A stretch of DNA of 64,000 nucleotides from Nanobdellota archaeon (lineage in GTDB: Archaea > Nanobdellota > Nanobdellia > Woesearchaeales > UBA11576): positions 3,438 through 67,437 of the forward strand of contig JBHPEY010000003.1 of the NCBI GenBank assembly GCA_042576705.1. Reading direction: 5' to 3'. Below the pieces are notes generated by a model. The model saw only the letters and a program-made list of their open reading frames with translations, ran no database searches and was not told the DNA's origin. Within the stretch, counting starts at the first letter, position 1; each line of letters begins with the position of its first letter. The position numbers and the translations under genes were made by a program. Positions 1-9,931 of this stretch are shown piece by piece.

Positions 1-726
1 AGACTCTGAGAGTTTCTTCACCAGGTTCTCTTTTGTCTTTGGGTGCTTCTTTACCAGGCCTTTGAGGAGTTCCCTTACCTCTCTTCTGAATGCACCTACA
101 GAGCAGGGGCAGGGTTCGTATACAATGTCCCACTTCATGGCCTCTGTGAACTTTCGGATTTCATTGTTTGTGCAGAAGTATAATGGCTTTATGCGCGGGA
201 CGAACTTGGGGTCCTCTATCATGCCTGTCCTGGGGCCCATGTTTGCGAAGAGCTCTGGCTTGCCCTTGAAGAGGTTCATCAGTATGTTCTCTGCTTCGTC
301 ATCCAGGTTGTGGCCTGTGACTATCTTTGCTGCGCCCAGTTCTCTTGCTTTCTTGTTGAGAAGCCATCTCCTCACCACTCCGCAGATCGTGCAGTTGCCT
401 ATGCGGTCTCGCTCCTGGATTGTGGATCTTATGTAGCAGATTGAAGCGCCGTGTTCTTTCCTCAGGTCTATGAGGTTCAGTTTTATCTTATGTGTCTCGC
501 AGAACGTGCGTATGTTATTGAGGTTGCGGTCAGACCAGTCGCCCATCTTGAGGTCTATCATGAGGGCTTCTACATTGTAGCCTAACTTGTTGAGAAGGTA
601 GAGTGCTGTGGTTGAGTCTTTTCCTCCAGAGCAGGCTACAAAGACCTTGTCCTTTTTGGTCAGGAGGTTGTGGTCCTTGATTGTCTTGCGTATCTTCTTC
701 TCGAAATCCTTGATGATGTCAGGCAT
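1..726 (-). CDS. PP-loop ATPase, tRNA thiolase family (TtcA/NcsA-like); C-terminus runs off the window
   Basis: My own reverse-complement translation from the ATG at 726-724 reads MPDIIKDFEKK...VFVACSGGKDSTT (SGGKDS PP-loop motif) with downstream CxxC clusters. It is absent from the ORF track because it has no stop inside the window. Confidence 0.7.
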   Translation of the reverse strand, partial: MPDIIKDFEKKIRKTIKDHNLLTKKDKVFVACSGGKDSTTALYLLNKLGYNVEALMIDLKMGDWSDRNLNNIRTFCETHKIKLNLIDLRKEHGASICYIRSTIQERDRIGNCTICGVVRRWLLNKKARELGAAKIVTGHNLDDEAENILMNLFKGKPELFANMGPRTGMIEDPKFVPRIKPLYFCTNNEIRKFTEAMKWDIVYEPCPCSVGAFRREVRELLKGLVKKHPKTKENLVKKLSES

Positions 727-743
727 GGCAGAATATTGTCTTT

Positions 744-1265
744 GTGCTGTTTATAACCTTTTCTACGTCTATTCCTGCAAAACATTTAAAAATGGATTTT
801 GCCTTGCGTTTATATATGGCAGGTTCACTAGTCGTCCAGGTAATATCAATAGTTATCGTGGCAGGTTTGTTCCTTCTTATGGTACTGTGGAAGAAAGCGC
901 ACTATGTTATCGGCGGCCTCACGCTTTGTGCCATATCGACCCTCACAGTATTGTTCAAGATAGGCAAGACCACGTTTGATGTGGGGCAGTATCCTATTCT
1001 GCATTATGCTGTCTACTTCTTTGTGGCATTTGCAGGCAAGGACCTTATCAAGGAAGGGTTCAAGGAGAAGGAGAGTGCATTGAAATGGCCCAGCCTCATC
1101 CTGGGAGTGGTGTTGATTGTCATAACTACAATCCCTACGCTGAAGAAGATGCATGTGATTGAATGGGCGCTGCCAAAGAGTGTGTATGTGGATGCGTCAA
1201 TCTATGCTATTGCAGGGCTGTTCATGATAATCGGGGCGTTCACTATACTTGCTACAAAGGAATGA
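744..1265 (+). CDS. hypothetical polytopic membrane protein (about 4 TM)
   Basis: ORF track; hydrophobic helices throughout. The start may be the internal Met near 792. Confidence 0.4.
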   Translation: MLFITFSTSIPAKHLKMDFALRLYMAGSLVVQVISIVIVAGLFLLMVLWKKAHYVIGGLTLCAISTLTVLFKIGKTTFDVGQYPILHYAVYFFVAFAGKDLIKEGFKEKESALKWPSLILGVVLIVITTIPTLKKMHVIEWALPKSVYVDASIYAIAGLFMIIGAFTILATKE

Positions 1266-1297
1266 TAGTAGAAAAAGAAAATTATGGAAAGAAAAAA

Positions 1298-1861
1298 TTA
1301 AAACTCTACCTTGACATCCTTCTTGTCTGCTTCTGAGACCTTGTACATCTCTTTCGCAGTGAGCTTCATCATGTTTGCTATGACCATGTCTGGGAAGCTC
1401 TCTATTCGGATGTTGAAGGTGTTGCAGGAGTCGTTGTAGAACTCTCTCCTGTCTGCGAGCTCGTTCTCCAGTCCTGAGATTCGCTGCTGAAGGTGCATGA
1501 AGTTCTCATTGGCCTGCAGTTTCGGATAGTTCTCTGCAACTGCGAACAATGTCTTCAGTGCGCCGGTTATCTGGTTGTCTGCTTTGGCCTTTTCCGGCAT
1601 TGATTTTGCCTTGAGGAGAGCGCTTCTTGCGTTTGTTATCTCTGTGAGGACACCTTTCTCGTGCTTCATGTAGCCTTTTACAGAGTTGATGAGTTTTGGG
1701 AGCTCGTCTGATCTCTGCTTGAGGAGGACGTTTATGTTTCCCCAGGATTTCTTTATGTTGTTCTTCAGTCTTACTAGACTGTTGTATACGCCTACAATCC
1801 ATCCTATCAGGCCTAGTAAGACTAGGATGATTACGACGGTGACTATTATTCCGACTATCAT
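1298..1861 (-). CDS. lemA: LemA family membrane protein
   Basis: N-terminal TM followed by the LemA-type helical domain (NSLVRLKN...YPKLQANENF...). Confidence 0.8.
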   Translation of the reverse strand: MIVGIIVTVVIILVLLGLIGWIVGVYNSLVRLKNNIKKSWGNINVLLKQRSDELPKLINSVKGYMKHEKGVLTEITNARSALLKAKSMPEKAKADNQITGALKTLFAVAENYPKLQANENFMHLQQRISGLENELADRREFYNDSCNTFNIRIESFPDMVIANMMKLTAKEMYKVSEADKKDVKVEF

Positions 1862-1906
1862 TTTGTTACCTCCGATGTTCTTGATTGTTATGTTGGGCCT
1901 TTTTTC

Positions 1907-2025
1907 GCTTTTGGCCCTGAGCCTCTACTCCGCTTTTTGCTTTGCAAAAAGCTCCGCCTGGCCACGCAAGCAACTGCTACGCAGCAGCTTGCTCTCGAGG
2001 CACAGACGGTCTCAGGGCCAAAAGC
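1907..2025. repeat. TIR-bounded palindromic intergenic element (MITE-like or structured RNA), copy A
   Basis: 15-bp perfect terminal inverted repeats gcttttggccctgag / ctcagggccaaaagc. Internal palindrome ctccgctttttgctttgcaaaaagctccgc is shared with the elements at 16993 and 32727. Right end gaggcacagacggtctcag recurs at 42752. Confidence 0.5.
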
Positions 2026-2070
2026 TGCGTAGGCCCTTGTGTTGTTATCGTGAATGATTGATGTGTTATT

Positions 2071-2832
2071 TTAGTATATTCCTAACTGTAAAAGGAAAAG
2101 TGCAAGGCAAATGACAATCAAAGCTCCGCCGCCGAAGAGGCCACCTATCACTTTCCACTTGAATTTCTTAAGTACGCCTTCTTCAGAGCTGTCAGATATA
2201 TAGTAAATACCTTCGTCTCCTTTCTGGATCATTATGTCTTCTGTGTTCTGTTGGCCAGTGGCTTCCTCTACATGAGGGTTGTCGCCTGCGTGGCCTAGTA
2301 TGTATAGCTTATCCTTTGGAGCAATGTAGTATTCATAGTAGCGCATGTTCTTGTTTGTGCCTAGAAATGTCTCAAAGTTCAGACTGTTTTTCTTTAGGAA
2401 TTTCTGAACTACCTGTGGTGGGTCCTTGCGCCATCTTGACTGGTACTTGAAGTCTGGCGGGATGTCAATCTGGGCCTTTTGCGGCTGCACAAGGACCTTT
2501 CCTGTGCTGTCCTTCAGGAAGAATTCCTGCATGTCAGTGCCTGCCTTGAGCGTGTACCAGTAGCGGTGTTTTCCAGAGCCGCGCTCTTCCTTCACACTGT
2601 ACTTGTAGTAGACGCAGCTCTTGCCTGTGAGTGGGGACTTGAGCGTGGTCTTCTTTGCAGGGACCACATTACCTGCTATCTCTACCAGGCCCATGGCCAG
2701 GCCCCTTATCTTGGAGGTCGGCATGTTCTCTATCATGCGCTTTGTCTTGAACCATTTGAAGCCTTTGTAGAACAGAAAACCACCTATACCCATACCTGCA
2801 ATGCAATAGCCCAGAGACTCAAGGTCGACCAT
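2071..2832 (-). CDS. hypothetical membrane protein with N- and C-terminal TM helices
   Basis: ORF track; TM at both ends and a soluble central domain. Divergently placed next to lemA. Confidence 0.45.
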   Translation of the reverse strand: MVDLESLGYCIAGMGIGGFLFYKGFKWFKTKRMIENMPTSKIRGLAMGLVEIAGNVVPAKKTTLKSPLTGKSCVYYKYSVKEERGSGKHRYWYTLKAGTDMQEFFLKDSTGKVLVQPQKAQIDIPPDFKYQSRWRKDPPQVVQKFLKKNSLNFETFLGTNKNMRYYEYYIAPKDKLYILGHAGDNPHVEEATGQQNTEDIMIQKGDEGIYYISDSSEEGVLKKFKWKVIGGLFGGGALIVICLALFLLQLGIY

Positions 2833-2879
2833 ATCAGAGCGTTAGGGATGTTTATATTTAAATCTATTTGGTGTTTTGG

Positions 2880-4025
2880 TCATAGAAGTATGTTGAACAG
2901 GTATCCAAGCACCAGTATCTGCGGGACGGTTATTATCGGGAGCCAGATCGCTGCGCGTCGTCCTATGTTTGACCATATCAAGCCTATCTCTGTGTAGTCT
3001 GTGGCTACGCCTGCCATCAGGAACACAAAGCTGTTCCCGAATGCTCCTGTCTGCTTGAATATCTCGAATGCCATCGGGGCTGAGCCTTCTGAGCAGACCT
3101 CAATAATTGTTGCGAGGACGAGGACCACTATCATTCCCAGGGCTGTTGCGCCCATGTAGGCCACGAAGAAGTGCTGAGGGACATAGGCTCTTGCTATGCT
3201 CGCTATTATCATACCTATGAGTATCCACCACATCACCATCCTTGAGAGTGACCAGCTGCCTGACAGGACACCTTTGATGGTCGCTTTGTTGTTCTTTGCG
3301 TTGAAGTCGTATGCTTTCCAGCGCTTCTTCATGTCCTGTAGTATGGAGAAATCATGATGCTTGTCCTTGAGTCCGCACTTGTCACACTCTACCATCTTCT
3401 TGCGCTCCAGGATCTGGTAGATCAGTCCTGTTATTATCGCTATGACTATTGCGCTGAAGACTATGAACAGGGCTTTCCAGCCGAAAAAGCCGAAGAACAG
3501 GATTGTTATCGGGAAGTTTGCCCACGGGCTTGCCAGCAGGAATGCTATGACTGAGGATGTGTTTGCGCCTTTCTTGTACAGCTCCATCGCGATGGCAAGT
3601 ATGCCGTGGCTGCACGCGCTCATCAGGAAGCCGAACACCACTGAGTAGAAGATTGTGCGTTTCTTGTGCTGGCCCAGGTACTTTTCTATGTATGCTCTTG
3701 GGACGAGATGGTCGATGACTCCTCCCAGGAGCAGGCCTAGCAGGATTGCCCACCATATCAGTTTCAGGTAATCTACCAGTGCGTCGAAGAGTGGGTTCAG
3801 GAATGTTATCTGGTAAGATATCATGAAAAGCAGAACTGTCATGATTGTTATTATGTATAGTTTCTCCTTGTACCAGGGCTTTTTCTCGTGGGTGCTGCAA
3901 TCTGGACAGATCTCTTTTATCTTGTTCTTCTTCTCGTACTTCTTTATGCAGTTCTCACTGCAGAAATAATGGCCGTGCGCTTTTATACGGCCTTTCATGC
4001 CGCAGATTGGGTCGATTTTTTCCAT
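2880..4025 (-). CDS. TRASH/YHS metal-binding domain fused to a COG0701/ArsP-like permease
   Basis: N-terminus ICGMKGRIKAHGHYFCSENC has the TRASH/YHS cysteine pattern. The rest is a polytopic permease with a mid-protein CDKCG motif. Confidence 0.55.
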   Translation of the reverse strand: MEKIDPICGMKGRIKAHGHYFCSENCIKKYEKKNKIKEICPDCSTHEKKPWYKEKLYIITIMTVLLFMISYQITFLNPLFDALVDYLKLIWWAILLGLLLGGVIDHLVPRAYIEKYLGQHKKRTIFYSVVFGFLMSACSHGILAIAMELYKKGANTSSVIAFLLASPWANFPITILFFGFFGWKALFIVFSAIVIAIITGLIYQILERKKMVECDKCGLKDKHHDFSILQDMKKRWKAYDFNAKNNKATIKGVLSGSWSLSRMVMWWILIGMIIASIARAYVPQHFFVAYMGATALGMIVVLVLATIIEVCSEGSAPMAFEIFKQTGAFGNSFVFLMAGVATDYTEIGLIWSNIGRRAAIWLPIITVPQILVLGYLFNILL

Positions 4026-4037
4026 GATTTCTCTTGC

Positions 4038-4463
4038 TCATCCCTTGACGAAAAGTCCGCACCAGCATTCACCTTTCTCTTTCCAGGTCTCGTGGGTCTT
4101 GAAGTTGCATGGGCAGATAAGCTCCAGGTCCCTTGGCCTTGAACCGTCGCGCAGCCTGCACGGGCAGAGCTTCAGGCCGAACTTGTCCTCGTTCTTGTAG
4201 ACGCCTTCAAGCACTGTGTCGACGTGTTCTTTGTCAGGGTTCAGGATGAAATCGTTCTTTTGGGTGAAGTTTTCCCAGGCTGTGCGTGTCTGTTCAGGCT
4301 CCAGGTTGGTGCCGCCTTCTGCGCTGATGAGGTTCCTTGCTTCGTTCTCTGAGATCTCGCAGTATGCGTTCTTCATTCCGCATGTCGGGCAGGTCTCGGG
4401 GCCTGCGTTGCCGTGATGGATGTCATTGCAGACATTGCATCGCCAGAATTTCTTACCGGTCAT
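4038..4463 (-). CDS. rubredoxin-domain / ferredoxin:thioredoxin reductase catalytic-subunit-like fusion protein
   Basis: N-terminus CNVC...CPTCG is rubredoxin-like. C-terminus CPCR...CPC...CWC matches the FTR-beta CPC...CPC...CHC motif. Confidence 0.6.
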   Translation of the reverse strand: MTGKKFWRCNVCNDIHHGNAGPETCPTCGMKNAYCEISENEARNLISAEGGTNLEPEQTRTAWENFTQKNDFILNPDKEHVDTVLEGVYKNEDKFGLKLCPCRLRDGSRPRDLELICPCNFKTHETWKEKGECWCGLFVKG

Positions 4464-5287
4464 TATTCTATGACTTCGACATACTCAGGAATAGTATCCT
4501 TGGCGAATGCCTTCATGCCTTCCATCGTCTTCGTATGGTCCAGCAGCTTCTTTATCACGCTGAAAGGGATTGTCGCAAGATGTGCTCCTGCAAGCGCACA
4601 CTCCCTTACCTGGCGGGTGTTCCGCAGGCTGGCTGCCAGGACCTCGCACGTGTCTATCCCGTGCTGTTCGAATATCTCCACGATCTCAGCGACGAGCTCT
4701 ACACCTGAGACCATTCCGTTGTCATTCAGCGTCTTGTTGTCTTTTTCCATGCCTTCTGCAGGGAAGTAAGCGCTTTTGTCGAACTCCATGCCCTGGCTCT
4801 TGCGTATGAAATCATCTATGCGGCCTGCGAAAGGGCTGACGAACTTCGCTCCAGCCCTTGCAGCGAGCAGGGCCTGCTCTGGAGTGAATACTAATGTGCA
4901 GTTCACAGGGATGCCTTCTTTTGAAAGGTCCTTTATAGCCTTTATCCCGTCGTACTCTTTGTTGTCGCCAGGCTCCATCGAAGGATTCACAGGGATCTTG
5001 ATGTACACGTTGTCCGCTACAGGGTTGAACTTCTCGAAGATCTTCTTCCCTTGTTCCACCATGCCTCTGTAGCTCGTCTCTGTGACCTCAAGGCTTACTG
5101 GAGTGCCTTTCGCTGTGAGCAGGATGTCCTTGATGTATCCTTCCATGTCTACTTTCTCGCCTTTCTCTTTCAGGATGTCGACGGCTTTCTTTATCAGGCT
5201 TGGATTGGTTGTCACGCCATCCACTACGCCGCCTGAGTATGCGTATCTTATCTCTTCAATGTTTGCAGAATCTACAAATATCTTCAT
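4463..5287 (-). CDS. tal: transaldolase (Tal/FSA family)
   Basis: TTNPSL, SPFAGRIDD and ASLRN motifs. Confidence 0.85.
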   Translation of the reverse strand: MKIFVDSANIEEIRYAYSGGVVDGVTTNPSLIKKAVDILKEKGEKVDMEGYIKDILLTAKGTPVSLEVTETSYRGMVEQGKKIFEKFNPVADNVYIKIPVNPSMEPGDNKEYDGIKAIKDLSKEGIPVNCTLVFTPEQALLAARAGAKFVSPFAGRIDDFIRKSQGMEFDKSAYFPAEGMEKDNKTLNDNGMVSGVELVAEIVEIFEQHGIDTCEVLAASLRNTRQVRECALAGAHLATIPFSVIKKLLDHTKTMEGMKAFAKDTIPEYVEVIE

Positions 5288-5317
5288 GTTATCAACCCCT
5301 CTATCGATTATATATGA

Positions 5318-7099
5318 TTATCTTCTTGTGATCTTCTTCACAGCAGCTTCTATTGCTTTTGCGTCGATTTTGAACATCCTTCGTAGCTGTCCGGGCTTGC
5401 CTGATCTTGGCGTGCCCCTGACATAGAGCTGCTCGACCTTGCCGACAGCTTCAGCGACGACAGATCCTATGCCGCCGAAGTAATGGTCCTCGACTGTGAT
5501 GACTCTGTTTTTGCATTCTTTTGCGTTCCTTATGAGTGCTGCCTTGTCGACAGGTTTCACTGAATAAAGATCGATTACCCTGATGTTAATCCCTTTTTTC
5601 TTCAGGTTCCCATGCGCTTTCAATGCTTCATGCACTGTCTCTCCTGCACCGATGACCAACACCCTGTCCTTCCCGCTCCTGCGCAGGACCTTCAGTTTCC
5701 CTATCGGGAACTTCTCTGTCCTTTTGTATATGGTTGGTGTCTTCTCTCTTGTCGTCCGCAGGTATGCGAGGCCTTTGTGCCTTGCCATCTCTTTTGTGCA
5801 GTATTCTGCAGAGACTGCGTCGCAGGGATAGAGCACCACGCTGTCAGGAATCCCCAGGTACATAGATAGGTCCTCAAGACCCATCTGGCTCGGGCCGTCC
5901 TCGCCTATGCTCACTCCGGCATGGGACCCGACAATCTTGATGTTTGCCCTTGAGTATGCTGCCATGCGGATGAAATCATGCGCGCGTGTCAGGAACGTCG
6001 CGAATGTGCTGACAAAAGGCACAAATCCCTGGGTCGCGAATCCTGCAGCCATGCCGACCATGTTCTGCTCTGCGATGAAAGACTCGAAACCTCTCTGAGG
6101 GAATGTCTTGCAGAACTCGAGCGTCATTGTCGAGTTCTTGACATCACCATCGACTGCTACGATGTTGTCGTTCTTGAGGCCGAGATGTACAAGGGCTTTT
6201 CCGAATGCACCCCTTGTCGCGACCATCTCACCCTGTTGGTATCTGCTTATCGGGACATCCTTTATCTTTACAGGTGTCGGTCTGACATAGGCAACTTTTG
6301 AAGAGAGAGATATCTTTGCAGGGCCGATCCCGTCGATGGCTTGCGCAGCCTCCTCCTTGTTCAGTGTCTTCCCATGCCAGCCTTCCTTGTTCTCAATGAA
6401 GGGTATACCTTTGCCTTTGATTGTCCGCGCTATTATGGCGAAAGGCTTGCTGCTGTGCCTTGCCTGCTTCAGTGCATTGCGCAGCTCCTTGACATCATGG
6501 CCGTCGACCACTTTCGCGTTCCAGCCGAATGCCTTGAATTTTTTACTGTATGCCTGCGTGTTGTGGCCGTGCATTGTCGGCTGTGATTGGCCCAGCCTGT
6601 TGCAGTCGATAAATGCTACCAGGTTGTTGAGCCTGAAATACGCGGCGCTGTTCGCTGCTTCCCAGGTGCTGCCTTCGAACGACTCGCCGTCGCCCATCAG
6701 CACATAGATACGGTCTTTGTTCTTCTGGAGGCGCTTTGCGAGCGCCATGCCGACGCCTGCAGACAGGCCCTGGCCCAGGCTGCCTGTGGCGATCTTTATC
6801 ATCTTCATTCGCGGGGTGGGGTGGCCTTCGAGCTCGCAGTCGATCTTCCTAAGGTCCAGCAGTTCTTTTTTAGGTATTATTCCTGCTTCTGCGTAAGCTG
6901 CCCAGAGTATCGGCGCTGCATGGCCCTTTGACATTATGAACTCGTCATCCTTCTTGAGTTCGTCGAAGAAAAGAGTGCTCATGATCTCTGCGCAGGAACA
7001 GCATGACGTCGGGTGTCCTGATCCTGCGGCTGTGGTGGCTTGTATGCTGTGTATCCTTAGCCTGTTGGCCATCAGCTTAAGTGAGTCACTCTTGTCCAT
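5318..7099 (-). CDS. tkt: transketolase, single-chain short form (593 aa)
   Basis: GSGHPTS and GDG TPP-binding motifs, followed by the pyrimidine-binding and C-terminal domains. Confidence 0.9.
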   Translation of the reverse strand: MDKSDSLKLMANRLRIHSIQATTAAGSGHPTSCCSCAEIMSTLFFDELKKDDEFIMSKGHAAPILWAAYAEAGIIPKKELLDLRKIDCELEGHPTPRMKMIKIATGSLGQGLSAGVGMALAKRLQKNKDRIYVLMGDGESFEGSTWEAANSAAYFRLNNLVAFIDCNRLGQSQPTMHGHNTQAYSKKFKAFGWNAKVVDGHDVKELRNALKQARHSSKPFAIIARTIKGKGIPFIENKEGWHGKTLNKEEAAQAIDGIGPAKISLSSKVAYVRPTPVKIKDVPISRYQQGEMVATRGAFGKALVHLGLKNDNIVAVDGDVKNSTMTLEFCKTFPQRGFESFIAEQNMVGMAAGFATQGFVPFVSTFATFLTRAHDFIRMAAYSRANIKIVGSHAGVSIGEDGPSQMGLEDLSMYLGIPDSVVLYPCDAVSAEYCTKEMARHKGLAYLRTTREKTPTIYKRTEKFPIGKLKVLRRSGKDRVLVIGAGETVHEALKAHGNLKKKGINIRVIDLYSVKPVDKAALIRNAKECKNRVITVEDHYFGGIGSVVAEAVGKVEQLYVRGTPRSGKPGQLRRMFKIDAKAIEAAVKKITRR

Positions 7100-7727
7100 C
7101 TCTTTCCACCTCTTTTTTCAGCTCTGCAATCGCGGATTTTGGGTCATCAGCTTTTATTATGAATGAACCTGAGACAAAAAGATTTGCACCTGCGTCTGCG
7201 GCGAGTTTTATAGTGTCCTTGTTTATGCTGCCGTCTACTTCTATGTCGATGCCTGGCGCCAGCTTCCTCAATTCCCTGACCTTGTCCAGGGTCTCTGGCA
7301 GGAACTCTGCGCCATATGTGCCAGGATTAACTGTCATGACAAGCACCTGATCAATCCTGTCCAGGTAAGGTCTTATCAGCTCGACAGGGGTCTCTGGATT
7401 CAGGGCGAAGCCCACGCGCCTGCCTTTCTGTCTGACCATCTCGATGATCTCTGCAGGGTCATTGCAGGCCTCGATGTGCGCCAGTATCGTATCGGCTTTA
7501 TCTGCCTTGAGTTCAATCCAGTTCTTCGGATTGCTGACCATGAGATGGGCTTCGTAGTTTGCTTCTGGAAGCCTGAAATCAAAATCCAGAGAATGGTTCT
7601 TGACGAAGACGCCGTCCATGATGTCCAGCTGGAACAGGTCTGTAGCGTCCTTTACATTGTCCATCAGCTTGTCAAGCTCTTCCTGTGATGCTGCGATCAG
7701 TGAAGGCACTATCCTCTTCTCAGTCAT
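7086..7727 (-). CDS. rpe: ribulose-phosphate 3-epimerase
   Basis: DIMDGVFV and related motifs. The true start is probably MTEKRIV at 7727, overlapping the rpiB stop by 4 nt; the 5' extension in the ORF track overlaps rpiB. Confidence 0.85.
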   Translation of the reverse strand: MTEKRIVPSLIAASQEELDKLMDNVKDATDLFQLDIMDGVFVKNHSLDFDFRLPEANYEAHLMVSNPKNWIELKADKADTILAHIEACNDPAEIIEMVRQKGRRVGFALNPETPVELIRPYLDRIDQVLVMTVNPGTYGAEFLPETLDKVRELRKLAPGIDIEVDGSINKDTIKLAADAGANLFVSGSFIIKADDPKSAIAELKKEVERDGQE

Positions 7728-8167
7728 GTTCTCTCGAGCCTCTTTATCTTTGCTATCCTTTGCTTGTGCCTGGGACTGTTGCTGAAGGGGGTCTTCAGCC
7801 AGATGTCTATGATCTTTTCTATCTTGTCGAGCGGGAATCGCCTTCCTCGGAGGCATAGGACATTGGTGTCGTTGTCCTGGCGGGACATCCTGGCTGTGTA
7901 GGTGTCATACGCGGCAACAGCGCGGACGCCTTTCACCTTGTTGGCTGCGATCGCCATGCCTGTGCCAGAGCCGCAGACCAGGAGTCCTTTGCCTGTCCTG
8001 CTTTTCGCGACCTTTCCTGCGACCTTCTTTGCGATGTCAGGATAGTCTATGCTCTTTGTCGAGTCAGTTCCCATATCTTCGAAAGGGATGTTCTTTTTTT
8101 GCAGAAATCTCTTCAGTTTCTCTTTTGTGCTGAAACCAGCATGGTCAGATCCTATTATGATATTCAT
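7724..8167 (-). CDS. rpiB: ribose-5-phosphate isomerase B (RpiB/LacAB family)
   Basis: MNIIIGSDHAGF...LLVCGSGTGM signature. Confidence 0.85.
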   Translation of the reverse strand: MNIIIGSDHAGFSTKEKLKRFLQKKNIPFEDMGTDSTKSIDYPDIAKKVAGKVAKSRTGKGLLVCGSGTGMAIAANKVKGVRAVAAYDTYTARMSRQDNDTNVLCLRGRRFPLDKIEKIIDIWLKTPFSNSPRHKQRIAKIKRLERT

Positions 8168-8294
8168 CTTATCAACCCTTTTTCTCAACAGTGAGATTGT
8201 TTTTATCTATATCCACTATCAGATGTTCTGTTCCTTAAAAAAGTTACTGAATGATCAAAACATTGGAGAGCATCTGTTGTCTGTTTCTTGATTG

Positions 8295-8681
8295 TCAATC
8301 TGATTTCCACAGGCCGTGAAGGTTGCAGAACTCCCTTGCTGTGATGTTGTCAGCGCTGATCTCGAATTCAGCCTCTGGCGGTTCACCTGGCTTCAGGAAC
8401 TTACGATAGCTCAATCCTTTGTCTGTAATGACCTGTATCCATTCTATATGGTGAGCTTCCTCCATAGGATGCTCTACAGAACCGACCTTGATATTGAATC
8501 CTTTTTCTGTCTTCTCTACGACAGGCACGTGCTTCTCAGTGGCAGCGTCTGTGGTGTTCTCCTTGAGAAGCTCCATCGGCTGGTTGCAGCATACCAGTTG
8601 TCCTGTGCTTGCGTGCACGACATCTACAATGTTGCCGCAGACATTGCATTTATAGATCTGATTAAGTTCTGTCATTTTCAC
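8295..8681 (-). CDS. dfx: desulfoferrodoxin (2Fe superoxide reductase)
   Basis: N-terminal desulforedoxin CxxC...CC motif. C-terminal SOR domain with His ligands (HIEWIQV). Confidence 0.85.
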   Translation of the reverse strand: MKMTELNQIYKCNVCGNIVDVVHASTGQLVCCNQPMELLKENTTDAATEKHVPVVEKTEKGFNIKVGSVEHPMEEAHHIEWIQVITDKGLSYRKFLKPGEPPEAEFEISADNITAREFCNLHGLWKSD

Positions 8682-8710
8682 ACCTCATGATCCTGATTTT
8701 TTATTCTTCC

Positions 8711-9619
8711 TTATTCTTCTTCTTTGTGTGCAAGGTATCTTGCAGCCTTGATGAGCGCCATGCAACCCTGGCCGGCAGCGATCACGTACTGGTACTCGTG
8801 GCCTGCGGCGCAGTCTCCTGCGGCGAATATCCCTGGGACGCTGGTGTGGCCCTGGCAGTCGATCTCGATATGATTGTGGTCGTCGAGCTTCAGCAGGTCC
8901 TTGAACGGTTCTGTGTTCGGCACGCGGCCGATCTCTATTATCACGCCCTGTAGTTCCAGTTGCTTCTCTTCATCACCCTGCTTGTACTTCATTCCACTCA
9001 CGAACTGATCTCCCCGTATCTCTGTGGTGTCTGCGTTGAACAGGATATCGACCTTGTCGTTCTTCTTGACCTGCTCTATGAGATACTCATGGCCTGTAAA
9101 GCTGTCGCCGCGGACAAGCAGGTACATCTTTGACACGATGTCCTTCAGGAAGTCTACAGCCTCGAGGGCAGCGTCTCCGCCACCGACCACTGCCACTGTC
9201 TTCCCTGCAAAGAGCGGACCGTCGCAGATAGAGCAGTATGTGACACCGCGCTTTGCGAATTTGTCTTCACCAGGCACGCCTAGCTTCCTTGCCCTTGCGC
9301 CGGATGCTACTATGACTGTCTTGGTGTCATACTCGCCCTTGTCTGTGGTGACCTTGAAGTTCGTGCCTTCCCTGGTGACTGTCTTGACAGTCTCTGTCTT
9401 GACATCCACCTTGTTGAACTTCATCTGCTCTTCCATGGTCATGGCAAAATCCACGCCCGTGGTCTTGACGATGCCAGGGTAGTTCAGGACCTCTCCGCTC
9501 ACCATGAACTGGCCGCCGGGCTCAGAGGTGAATATCTCGAAATCAATCTTCTTCCTTGCGGCGTACATGGCGGCGGTCATGCCTGCGATCCCGCCTCCAA
9601 TTATTATCGTGTCGTGCAT
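8711..9619 (-). CDS. trxB: thioredoxin-disulfide reductase
   Basis: GGGIAG FAD motif, CSICDG redox motif, VVGGGDAA NADPH motif, and GDCAAGH. Confidence 0.85.
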   Translation of the reverse strand: MHDTIIIGGGIAGMTAAMYAARKKIDFEIFTSEPGGQFMVSGEVLNYPGIVKTTGVDFAMTMEEQMKFNKVDVKTETVKTVTREGTNFKVTTDKGEYDTKTVIVASGARARKLGVPGEDKFAKRGVTYCSICDGPLFAGKTVAVVGGGDAALEAVDFLKDIVSKMYLLVRGDSFTGHEYLIEQVKKNDKVDILFNADTTEIRGDQFVSGMKYKQGDEEKQLELQGVIIEIGRVPNTEPFKDLLKLDDHNHIEIDCQGHTSVPGIFAAGDCAAGHEYQYVIAAGQGCMALIKAARYLAHKEEE

Positions 9620-9630
9620 TTTTCTGAAGC

Positions 9631-9897
9631 TTAAGCGGTTGCTTTCTCTTCGCTACCTGCATCCATCGCTTTGAGTTCTGCCTCGATCGCTTCCTGGTTG
9701 AAGCCCACTATCATCTTGCCGTTGATCTCTGTCTGGGGCACGCCCATCTGGCCGGACTTCTTTATCATCTCCTGAGAAACAGCCTGGTCGGCAGAGACAT
9801 CTATGTCGTCGTACTTGACCCCTTTCTCGTCAAGCCATGCCTTGAGCTTCTTGCACCAAGGGCATGTGGGTGTTGAATAGATTTTTATATCAGTCAT
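9631..9897 (-). CDS. glutaredoxin-like protein (CPWC)
   Basis: MTDIKIYSTPTCPWCKK... The 5' extension in the track is unlikely to be translated. Confidence 0.75.
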   Translation of the reverse strand: MTDIKIYSTPTCPWCKKLKAWLDEKGVKYDDIDVSADQAVSQEMIKKSGQMGVPQTEINGKMIVGFNQEAIEAELKAMDAGSEEKATA

Positions 9898-9931
9898 TTT
9901 GTGCACCTCTTGATTATTGTATATCGTATTA

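Noticed and set aside
62-436. Plus-strand 124-aa ORF at the window start
   Set aside because: The opposite strand encodes a well-supported PP-loop ATPase (SGGKDS motif) across 1-726. The plus-strand ORF is its antisense shadow.
1686-2057. ORFs running through the palindromic elements (1686-2057, 17021-17362, the N-terminal 120 nt of 17143-18090, 32712-32975)
   Set aside because: The frames are carried by low-complexity palindromic repeat DNA. The real lipoprotein gene starts at 17266 with its own lipobox.
3382-3900. Numerous 60-200-aa ORFs antisense to or overlapping strong genes (e.g. 3382-3900, 33657-34277, 34172-34738, 45491-46030, 57059-57754)
   Set aside because: They are completely embedded in genes with clear homology-like signatures on the other strand or frame, with compositional bias typical of shadow ORFs.
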